DNA of 64,000 bases. Source: Anaerohalosphaeraceae bacterium (lineage in GTDB: Bacteria; Planctomycetota; Phycisphaerae; Sedimentisphaerales; Anaerohalosphaeraceae). The DNA lies in the NCBI GenBank assembly GCA_963675525.2, contig CAXXSL010000016.1, forward strand, positions 960,001-1,024,000. The letters are read 5' to 3'. Positions within the stretch are counted from its first letter, which is position 1. Each line of letters starts with the position of its first letter. The notes under the pieces were generated by a model. The model worked only from the letters and a program-made list of their open reading frames with translations, searched no databases and was not told the origin of the DNA. Below are positions 18,410 to 27,093 of the stretch, one piece after another. Made by a program: the position numbers and the translations under genes.

Positions 18410-20242
18410 ATGAATGCAGAGCAAAAAAAAGAATTATACAGTCTTCTGAATGGTTTATGCGAAGGCTTGCTTAATGAGCAGCAGTATGCTCGGCTTGATG
18501 CGATATTAAAATCAAATCGAGAGGCGTGTGAAATCTATGTTGATTTTACCTCAATGTGGTCGGATTTCAGGTATTTTCAGACGTCATTGTATTCCCTCAA
18601 TGAAAAAAGACGTCTCAATATTCAGAAGTTCATAGACAGTCCGGATAAAGTGTCTGATTCTGCCATTTGGCGAGCTTTAGCCATCGACGAAAAAACAGCT
18701 CCTACGATTGATTTAGATGAAGAAAAGCCGCAACGAGAGTTAATTCGAAAGGTTGTTTATCCACCGAGAGAGAAAAGAAAAATACGCAAACATGGCATAT
18801 TTTTAATATTGAATACAGCAGCCATTCTTTTCTTGTTTGTGTTTATAAGGTTTATCCCTCCCAAAGTCGGCTATGAAGTTGCAACGTTAGTCGATAGTAT
18901 CGATGCGACATGGACAGAAGGGACATCGTCTATCCAAACGGGCAGCAGGCTGGTGACCGGGAGGGATGCGCTAACATTGCGTGAGGGCATGGTGAAGTTG
19001 TTGTTTGATAACAGCGCGAAGGTGTTAATCGAAGCGCCGGCTGAATTTAAAATACTGTCGGAAGGCCATGTTAAATTGGTGTATGGACGACTTTATTCAA
19101 AAGTACCGCCGGAGGCCGTTGGATTCACGGTGAGCACATTGTCGGCTGAGATTATCGATTTGGGGACTGAGTTCGGAGTTGAAGTGGATTACAGCGGTGA
19201 CACGTCACTTCATGTTATTAAGGGCAAGACCTCTCTGGTTAGCGGGGACAAATCGAAGCCGTCGGGGATACAGGTGAATGCAGGCAACGCCAAAAGAATA
19301 TCGGTGGACACACAAGCGGTTTCTGATCTAACCTGTGATAATGAACGCTTTATTCGTGATATTGATTCATCAAATCATTTGATTTGGCGGAATGAACCCT
19401 TGCAGTGGAATGGAACTATTGAGTGGGCTGCTGAGTCGGGCAACTGGGACAATGGCTCCAATTGGAACGTAGGAATTAAACCTGACCCGACATGGTCCAT
19501 TAGGCTTCGAAACAATTCTTCAGTGTGTACACTGAATACGAAGGAAATCCCAATAAGCAGTAAACTGGAAGTATACAATGGCCAGACTCTGAACGTCGAA
19601 AATGGAGGATACATGGGTTGCGGATGGTCCCGGTTCGGATGGTCTACTGTCAACATGACCGGCAACGGGACATGGTTGTTGAACGATGAGAATCTTATCA
19701 TTGGATGTAATAACAAAGATGACGGCCCGTGCATCTGGACAATGTCGGATACGAGTAAAATCGATATTACAAAAACACCAGATAAAGAAATTCTGTGCAT
19801 TGCTGAAGACAACGGTGTAGGAATTTTAAGATTGATTGGTTCTGCTGTTACGGTTAATTGCAGACAGCTTCAACTGGGGAACATGCAAAAGCCGGGGGCC
19901 CTCCCCTCATCTGCTACACTTGAGTATGTCATGGACAGTGATGGGGTCAGTACCATCCATGTCGATTATCGAGCTAGTCTGTCACAAGGAGACGCTACCG
20001 CCCATCTGGTTCTAAAAGCCCCGGAAGTGCTTCCTCAAAAAGACCTGGTACTGATTGAGACAAAAAGCAGTGAAAAAATCATAGGTAATGGTGTGTTTGA
20101 TACACTCAATGGTGGATCTGCAACGGAAGGTACTGTTTTATCACTGGGCGGCAATCAATATACCCTGACATATCAATATGATGCCAACGGTGACGGCTGT
20201 AACAATGATATTGCGCTGGTATATCAAAAAGAGACACCATAG
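18410..20242 (+). CDS. FecR-like anti-sigma factor with large C-terminal sensor domain
   Basis: N-terminal anti-sigma helix, TM segment, FecR motif IEAPAEF...IIDLGTEFGV...LHVIKG. Confidence 0.85.
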   Translation: MNAEQKKELYSLLNGLCEGLLNEQQYARLDAILKSNREACEIYVDFTSMWSDFRYFQTSLYSLNEKRRLNIQKFIDSPDKVSDSAIWRALAIDEKTAPTIDLDEEKPQRELIRKVVYPPREKRKIRKHGIFLILNTAAILFLFVFIRFIPPKVGYEVATLVDSIDATWTEGTSSIQTGSRLVTGRDALTLREGMVKLLFDNSAKVLIEAPAEFKILSEGHVKLVYGRLYSKVPPEAVGFTVSTLSAEIIDLGTEFGVEVDYSGDTSLHVIKGKTSLVSGDKSKPSGIQVNAGNAKRISVDTQAVSDLTCDNERFIRDIDSSNHLIWRNEPLQWNGTIEWAAESGNWDNGSNWNVGIKPDPTWSIRLRNNSSVCTLNTKEIPISSKLEVYNGQTLNVENGGYMGCGWSRFGWSTVNMTGNGTWLLNDENLIIGCNNKDDGPCIWTMSDTSKIDITKTPDKEILCIAEDNGVGILRLIGSAVTVNCRQLQLGNMQKPGALPSSATLEYVMDSDGVSTIHVDYRASLSQGDATAHLVLKAPEVLPQKDLVLIETKSSEKIIGNGVFDTLNGGSATEGTVLSLGGNQYTLTYQYDANGDGCNNDIALVYQKETP

Positions 20243-20371
20243 TGTTTGATGCTTTTATGCCGGAACGCAATTGAAAGTGTAGTAAAAGAGAAGCGTTAAT
20301 CTTTTTATGAAGTGTGTGTAGAGTGAGGATTTAATAAATATAACAGTTTTGTTAATTGAGAGGATGGAAAG

Positions 20372-21046
20372 ATGAAAAGAATTGTATTATTTGGTGTGAT
20401 GTGTTTGTTGGGGATTGGGCTGACTGTTCAGGCAGGAGTCGTTAATGTGAATTTTCAGGCAGGTAGCGGTCCGGTAGAAGACAATGGGGGCGCTGCTTTT
20501 GGTGAAGGTGTGACGATGTACTGGAATGACTATGTAGATAGCCTGACGACAATTGAGAATTGTCTGGATTCGGACGGTGCGGCTACCAGTGTCGATATTA
20601 CGGATAATCATGATGGTCGTTATTGGGGTGCATTAGGATCTGAGTTGACTTACGGCTACGATATTATGGACAACTATCACCACAACAGTAACCATGGTTA
20701 CAAAGACATGATTATTGCCGGATTGACACCTGATAGTTCCTATGATCTGTATCTGTACGGTCATGGGGACCAGGAGAGCCAAAACACCATCTTTACGATT
20801 GATGGCGTTTCGAAGTCCAGCACGATTGATGTGGCGGGTTTGACGGAACTGACCGAGAATGCTCATTATGTGATTTTTACCGGCGTACTCGCAGACAGTT
20901 CAGGTCAAATTATAGTGAACTGGGGCGCTGAAACGTATGCTGCGATCAATGGACTGCAGATTATTGGTGAAATGCCTGTTCCTGAGCCGGCAACACTGGC
21001 TCTGCTGGGGCTGGGTGCTTTGATTTCTCTAAAGCGTCGAAAATAA
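20372..21046 (+). CDS. PEP-CTERM sorting domain protein
   Basis: Signal peptide; C-terminal VPEPATLALLGLGALISLKRRK. Confidence 0.9.
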   Translation: MKRIVLFGVMCLLGIGLTVQAGVVNVNFQAGSGPVEDNGGAAFGEGVTMYWNDYVDSLTTIENCLDSDGAATSVDITDNHDGRYWGALGSELTYGYDIMDNYHHNSNHGYKDMIIAGLTPDSSYDLYLYGHGDQESQNTIFTIDGVSKSSTIDVAGLTELTENAHYVIFTGVLADSSGQIIVNWGAETYAAINGLQIIGEMPVPEPATLALLGLGALISLKRRK

Positions 21047-21075
21047 AGTATAAAAAGCCCTTTGGATTATTTGAT

Positions 21076-21119
21076 ACTGAAAGCAAGCCTGCGGGGTTTT
21101 CCATGGGCTTGCTTTCAGT
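21076..21119 (+). terminator. Strong stem-loop after PEP-CTERM gene (terminator or mRNA stabiliser)
   Basis: ACTGAAAGCAAGCC / GGCTTGCTTTCAGT perfect 14-bp inverted repeat; no long U-tract. Confidence 0.65.
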
Positions 21120-21176
21120 GATAATTATTATTGTTTTAATTAAAATTGTTCGGAACCACTTAAATTGAAAGGAAGA

Positions 21177-22820
21177 ATGATGAGAAAAGCAGCTTTATTA
21201 TTAATGATAATATGTTGTATTGGTGCAGCATTTGCTGCTGTAGAATGGAACGTCGAATCAGGTGTCTGGTCCGACGGTGCGAACTGGAACACCGGGGTCA
21301 AGCCGGACGGCACGGCGGATATCGGTCTCCGGTTCAGCGACTCTTCGGTTTGTACAGTTGACACAAATGAAGGGCTGATCAATAACCGTATGACGGTGCA
21401 GAACGGACAGACGTTTAACATCGTAGACGGCGGCTATGTTGGGACAACATGGACCCGCTTTGGCAGGAACACAGCGGCTTATGTTAACCTGAGCGGCAAC
21501 GGTACGTATGTGATGTATGATGAAAATGCGCAAATCGGTGCTGATGCAGGCGGCTATTGTAAGTGGACGATGTCCGACACCAGCTCACTTCTTACTAATT
21601 CCGGTACTAAAGGTATCGTGGGTCTCGGGGAAAAGAGCGCCGAAGGATGGTTTAAACTTGTCGGTTCCAGCGTTACCGTTAACGTAAATCAAATCAGTAT
21701 TACCAGCTACCAAGGCGTCAACACAGCCACCTTGGAGTATGTCATGGATACAGGCGGGGCAAGTACAATTATGACCGGCTCTGTCGACATCGCCGGTTTT
21801 GGTAATGCCTATCTGGAGCTTAGCGCTACGGCAACGCTTGCTGAGCAGGACATTGTGCTCATTCAAAACTCCGGCGCGAATCCTGTTGCGGGAGCCGGTG
21901 CATTTACAGCCATGAACGGCGGCCCGGCAACTGAAGGTTCAAAAATTGTACTGGGCGGTAACATTTACACCCTGACCTATCAGTACGCCGCCGATGTAGA
22001 CAGCAACAACAATGACATAGCGTTGGTCTTTGAAAGCACAGCCAAGCATTTGGCAGGCAGCCCCAGTCCTGCGGATAATAGTACGCAAATTGCGTCTCCG
22101 ACAACCCTGAGCTGGACCAACCCGGACCCGAATGACGGCGTCAGCGATATTACCTGCACGGTCTACCTGGGTATTGCGCCTGCGGATCCAAACCGCGTGG
22201 GAATGGACAGTGTAACCTTGGCTGCAAATGTTTCAACCGTTGATATCAATGCGACCAATTTCCCGACCTATGGTGCCCAGCCGCTTGACGACCCCAATCA
22301 GTTCTACTGGGTTGTTGATTGTGTGGATGCCAGTGCTGGTGTTGCTCCGGCCGAGGGAAAAGCACCGGTGTCCTGGACGTTTTTGACCAATTACAATGTT
22401 CCGCCGGTTGTCAATGCCGGTACCGATCAAGTTCTTTACGGCGACGGGGTAAATTATCCTACTGTGAACTTAGACGGAACTGCATCCGATACGGATGGTC
22501 CCGATCCTCTCTCGGTCCTGTGGACATTGACTGGCGGACCTGACAGCGCCGTTATTAACACACCCAGCGCGCAAGACACCACCGTAACGGTCACCGAGTC
22601 CGGCGTTTATGAGTTTACGCTGACCGGTGATGATGGTGCAGCCCAGGTCTCCGACGCGGTTCAGGTCATTGTGGGAATCGATTCCTGTGAGGCTTCAGTC
22701 CTTAACGGTTCCTATTACAATTCAAAAGACTTTGATCAGGACTGTGATGTTGACCTCGTAGACTTCGCAGATTTTGCTGCAGACTGGATGGCATGCACAA
22801 ATACGCTGGAAGGCTGTTAA
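21177..22820 (+). CDS. Secreted multidomain protein: unknown N-terminal domain, Ig/PKD-like domain, dockerin-like tail
   Basis: Signal peptide; PPVVNAGTDQ PKD-like domain; DFDQDCDVDLVDFADFAADW tail. Confidence 0.8.
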   Translation: MMRKAALLLMIICCIGAAFAAVEWNVESGVWSDGANWNTGVKPDGTADIGLRFSDSSVCTVDTNEGLINNRMTVQNGQTFNIVDGGYVGTTWTRFGRNTAAYVNLSGNGTYVMYDENAQIGADAGGYCKWTMSDTSSLLTNSGTKGIVGLGEKSAEGWFKLVGSSVTVNVNQISITSYQGVNTATLEYVMDTGGASTIMTGSVDIAGFGNAYLELSATATLAEQDIVLIQNSGANPVAGAGAFTAMNGGPATEGSKIVLGGNIYTLTYQYAADVDSNNNDIALVFESTAKHLAGSPSPADNSTQIASPTTLSWTNPDPNDGVSDITCTVYLGIAPADPNRVGMDSVTLAANVSTVDINATNFPTYGAQPLDDPNQFYWVVDCVDASAGVAPAEGKAPVSWTFLTNYNVPPVVNAGTDQVLYGDGVNYPTVNLDGTASDTDGPDPLSVLWTLTGGPDSAVINTPSAQDTTVTVTESGVYEFTLTGDDGAAQVSDAVQVIVGIDSCEASVLNGSYYNSKDFDQDCDVDLVDFADFAADWMACTNTLEGC

Positions 22821-22902
22821 TGAATGCGAAGTTCTATTGGTATATTTTGTTTTGAGATGATATCTCTTCTCTGAAAAATTTTACATCTCGTCACCTTCTT
22901 AT

Positions 22903-22932
22903 TGGCTAACCGGCGATTAAGCCGGTTAGCCA
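22903..22932 (+). terminator. Stem-loop
   Basis: TGGCTAACCGGC / GCCGGTTAGCCA perfect 12-bp inverted repeat. Confidence 0.6.
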
Positions 22933-23236
22933 TAAGAGGAATATAAGGGTAAATGCAACGATAATGCTGCTGTCATTTTAAATCTCCTCATTTGTCTTTT
23001 TGGTGATTGAGCGGTCGGGTGCCGGTTAATCACCAAAAGGCTTTTGAATTATACGGCATGAAAACAAAATTAGAGAACGGATGTACCAGCCTGCACTAAT
23101 ACAGGAATCTACATTTTGGGAAGGATGATGAGTAAGATAAAACATATTTTCGTATGAGATAGATTTTTTTTTAACTGTGAAATAGTTTAAATGAGAAGGC
23201 GGAAATGTGAAACGTATTATTGTAAGGTACGGAAAA

Positions 23237-24088
23237 ATGAACAAGACAACTGAATATCTGAAAAAGCCGAAAGGGTTCACTTTAGTTGAATTGCTGGTCG
23301 TTATTGCGATCATCGCATTATTGTTAGCGGTTATTATGCCATCACTGGGCAAAGCCAAAAGTTACGCGCTGGAGGTTGTCTGCAAAAGCAACTTGCATCA
23401 ATATCAGATTGCCACTGAGGTCTATACTAATGAAAACAAAGACTGGATGCCGGACCCATGGGAAAGTTTGTACGCTAAAATACAGTTTTCCGGTGAAAGC
23501 CAGCGTTACTGCCGCTGGCATAACCCTGATTACAACCTGGACACTTATGCCGACAAGCAGGATAACAGTGGGACTCGGTATGCCGGTCCTTATTGGCCTT
23601 ATCTGGCATCCACCAAAGCCAGTATTTGTCCGATTTTTGCCAAATTGGCAACCAAATATGGCGTGTACCATATGGAGGGAAACGGCAGCTATACTGCCAG
23701 TGATTGCATCGGAGGACCGTTTGTGCCGCAATTTAGTTACAGCATGAACACTATTTTTTATAAGCAAGTCAATAGTCAATTCGTTCCGGTTAGAAAGACC
23801 CAGGTACGTAGCCCTTCTCAAACGTTTCTGTGGGCGGAAGAAAACATGTGGCCATTAAGCGGCTTAAGTGGGTATGTCCTCAATGACAATGCGTTACTTG
23901 TCGATGGCAGCAATATTAGGGACTGTTTTGCCAGTTACCATAAGATATCTTTGGGGAAACTGGGGATTCAGCAAAGTACTCACGAGTACGAATCGGGGAC
24001 GGGTGTTGCAAACGTCTTAATGGTAGATGGGTCTTTGACGTGGGCAACTCCGGAAGACAGCAGCCGGTATGAAGGCAGTGTCCGTTGA
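23237..24088 (+). CDS. Prepilin-type N-terminal cleavage/methylation protein (planctomycete DUF1559-like)
   Basis: KGFTLVELLVVIAIIALLLAVIMPSL..AK...CKSNLHQ; C-terminal ANVLMVDGS. Confidence 0.9.
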   Translation: MNKTTEYLKKPKGFTLVELLVVIAIIALLLAVIMPSLGKAKSYALEVVCKSNLHQYQIATEVYTNENKDWMPDPWESLYAKIQFSGESQRYCRWHNPDYNLDTYADKQDNSGTRYAGPYWPYLASTKASICPIFAKLATKYGVYHMEGNGSYTASDCIGGPFVPQFSYSMNTIFYKQVNSQFVPVRKTQVRSPSQTFLWAEENMWPLSGLSGYVLNDNALLVDGSNIRDCFASYHKISLGKLGIQQSTHEYESGTGVANVLMVDGSLTWATPEDSSRYEGSVR

Positions 24089-24152
24089 CGTGTTTTTAAC
24101 TTATAACAGGATTTCAGGCAAAGATGCAAGTTAAAAAGCAAGGTTCTAAATT

Positions 24153-26975
24153 ATGCAACACAAACATTTATTACAATTAATAGCTGCAGTTTCTGTTTTC
24201 TGCGGTTCTATCAGTGCTGCCACTGTGATCACGGTTGATTCTGACGGGCCCGCCGATTACACCACTGTACAGGCGGCTGTCGATTCTATCCCATCCCCAA
24301 ACAATACACCGGTGGAAATCCACATCGCCCCTGGCACTTACAATGAAATTGTCCGGGTGTCCAACCAGAAGTCCTTTGTTAGTTTTATTGGCACTGACCC
24401 GGCTACTACGAAAATTACATATTCTATCGATTCCGGAAGTGATCCGAATTACCAGACAGTATATTTTGGAGGACAGGACTTCTCCATCGAAGGTGTCAGT
24501 ATTGAAAACTCCTGGCCCACCGGTGGTTGGAGTATTGCTTTCGTTTCGGATGGTCAGCGCGGACAATTTAAAAATGTCTGGTTTCTTGGCAACCAGGATA
24601 CATTGAAGCTCAATAGCGGCCCGTTTTATTTCAGGGATTGCCGCATCGAAGGCACCGTCGATTTTATCTGGGCTGCTGGTGCGATGATGGCCTGGTTTGA
24701 AAACAGTGAGATCTATAGCCGCGGAGGGGGTTACATTGCCTGCCAGGCCAGCGATCTTTCGGTTCCTTACGGCCTGGTTTTTAATAACTGTCAGTTAACC
24801 CGGAATCCATCAATTAGCGATGGCTCGGTTTATTTGGCCCGACCTTGGCATGATTATGGTTCCGTAACCTACCTTAACTGCTGGATGGATTCCCATATTA
24901 ATTCTGCAGGATGGGAGACATATGGCAATCTGACAGTTCGCTATAATGAATATAACAACTCCGGACCCGGCGGCGATATGACGAATCGCTTAGTGGCAAC
25001 AGGGGTAAAGATCCTCACCGCGCAGGAGGCCGCCGCGATCACCCTGCGGAGCGTCGTGGGTACATGGTCACCAACGTATGCTGATGAACTTTGGGCTAAC
25101 GGCACAACCGATTCATGGCAGGCTATTAACATTAATGGCAATGCGGGCAATCCTCCCGCCGGTTCAGCCAGTGAAGGTGTCTTGGGGGATGGCTGTTCCG
25201 GGACAGCGCTCTGGAATAACCGCAATGGTGCCGGAACTTTGACCTATCTTTGTGATGCGCAGGGTAACATTACCCCGGTATCCTTGGTTATCCCTACAAA
25301 TCAGAATATAGGAGCTTTTGACGGCGGTGGGACTGCCGTGCAGTGCCCAGGCGGTTGCGGTACAGTCATCATGCAGGAGTACCTGACCAACGGCAACAGC
25401 GGCATGAAAGATACCTGGATCACCGGCCTGAAAGCCGGCTCCCTCTATGACCTTTACCTCTATGGTCATGGCGACCAAGAGAGTCAAAACACGATATTCA
25501 CAATCAATGGGGTCACAAAATCCAGTTCAATTCCTGTGACCGGCCTGACGGCTTTGACCGAAGATGCTCACTATGTTGTGTTCCGTAATATCGTTTCTGA
25601 CGCCAGCGGAGAGATTCCAATTCAATGGGGTGCCAACAGCGGCTGGGCGGGATTGAACGGTCTGCAGATCGTGCAGAATATTATTTCGACGCCGACAGAT
25701 CTGACGGCTACGACGTGGGATACGACGGTCCTGCTGGACTGGGCCGATAATCCCGAGCCGACCTTGTCAAGTTACAATGTCAAACGTGCTACAACCAACG
25801 GAGGGCCTTATTTGACGATCGCATCGGGCCTGACAGACAGCACCTATACCGACACTGCCGTCATCAACGGCACGACCTATTACTATGTCGTCTCGGCAGT
25901 GGATACCAGTGCCAATGAGTCGGCCAACAGCAGTCAGGTCTCCGGCACGCCTCATACCATTGAGGCTCCGACAGGTCTGATAGCCACAGCGGGTAAAGAT
26001 ACAGTCCTGCTGGAGTGGGATGATAACGCCGAACCGACCTGGTCAAGTTACAATGTCAAGCGAGCAACCGTATCCGGCGGTCCCCATACGACGATCGCGT
26101 CAGGTCTGGCTGACAGCACCTATACTGATAATACTGTCACCAACGGGACAACGTATTTCTATGTTGTCTCAGCAGTGGATACCAGCGCCAATGAGTCGGG
26201 CAACAGCAGCCAGGTATCGGCCACACCCATGAATACTACGCCTCCGCAGGTGCTGGAAGTTGTCAATGTGAACTTCCAACGAGATTCCGGTCCTACAGAA
26301 ACCGCGGGGGGCGCTGCTTTTGGCCCCGATGTGACACTGACCTGGAACAACTATACTCGGAGCATGACCACGATTTCCAATTGCCTGGATTCAACCGGTG
26401 CGGCTACCACCATCAGTATCACGGATAACCATACCGACGGTTATTACACCTCTGTCTGGCTCCTTGCTTACGGTGCGAATATCATGAACAACTATCATTA
26501 CAACAGCGCTCAAGGCAGTAAAGTAATGACGATCGCCGGGCTTACGGCCGATGGCCTGTATGACCTGTACATTTACGGTCACGGTGACAATGAGAGCCAG
26601 AATACTGTATTTACGATAGGCTCAGTTTCAAAGGCCACCGATGTGCACGACGCGTTGACGGGCTCGTACGCCACGGCATTGACCGAAGGGGCTCATTACG
26701 TGTTTTTCCCCGGCGTTCAGGCAGATCCAAGTGGTCAGATTGTGGTAACGTGGGGACCTGCCTCCGGTTCTGGATACGCTGCTATCAATGGGTTGCAGAT
26801 TGTACATAGACTGTATGGCGATATCGATAGAGATAACAGTATCGATCTGTCGGATTTGGACATGTTCCTTAATTACTGGCTTTCCGACTTCGCTTCTCTG
26901 GATTTGAATGGAGACGGTGCAATTACGCTTTATGAATTCAGCCTGTTTGCTCAGAATTGGCTGGTAACATACTGA
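24153..26975 (+). CDS. Pectin methylesterase (CE8) with two FN3 repeats, cluster-specific accessory domains and dockerin-like tail
   Basis: DYTTVQAAVD, GNQDTL, IEGTVDFIW and YLARPW motifs; tandem FN3 (YYYVVSAVD x2); GDIDRDNSID...FAQNWL. Confidence 0.85.
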   Translation: MQHKHLLQLIAAVSVFCGSISAATVITVDSDGPADYTTVQAAVDSIPSPNNTPVEIHIAPGTYNEIVRVSNQKSFVSFIGTDPATTKITYSIDSGSDPNYQTVYFGGQDFSIEGVSIENSWPTGGWSIAFVSDGQRGQFKNVWFLGNQDTLKLNSGPFYFRDCRIEGTVDFIWAAGAMMAWFENSEIYSRGGGYIACQASDLSVPYGLVFNNCQLTRNPSISDGSVYLARPWHDYGSVTYLNCWMDSHINSAGWETYGNLTVRYNEYNNSGPGGDMTNRLVATGVKILTAQEAAAITLRSVVGTWSPTYADELWANGTTDSWQAININGNAGNPPAGSASEGVLGDGCSGTALWNNRNGAGTLTYLCDAQGNITPVSLVIPTNQNIGAFDGGGTAVQCPGGCGTVIMQEYLTNGNSGMKDTWITGLKAGSLYDLYLYGHGDQESQNTIFTINGVTKSSSIPVTGLTALTEDAHYVVFRNIVSDASGEIPIQWGANSGWAGLNGLQIVQNIISTPTDLTATTWDTTVLLDWADNPEPTLSSYNVKRATTNGGPYLTIASGLTDSTYTDTAVINGTTYYYVVSAVDTSANESANSSQVSGTPHTIEAPTGLIATAGKDTVLLEWDDNAEPTWSSYNVKRATVSGGPHTTIASGLADSTYTDNTVTNGTTYFYVVSAVDTSANESGNSSQVSATPMNTTPPQVLEVVNVNFQRDSGPTETAGGAAFGPDVTLTWNNYTRSMTTISNCLDSTGAATTISITDNHTDGYYTSVWLLAYGANIMNNYHYNSAQGSKVMTIAGLTADGLYDLYIYGHGDNESQNTVFTIGSVSKATDVHDALTGSYATALTEGAHYVFFPGVQADPSGQIVVTWGPASGSGYAAINGLQIVHRLYGDIDRDNSIDLSDLDMFLNYWLSDFASLDLNGDGAITLYEFSLFAQNWLVTY

Positions 26976-27093
26976 TCGGTTCAGGAGATGATTCGATTGT
27001 GAGAGATTCTTGTTTGAAAGCCGGTAAACGAGGGAATTTGTAATTCGGGAAGGATTTTTTGAGAACAGAAAAAATATTTTTAGAGGTTAAGTA

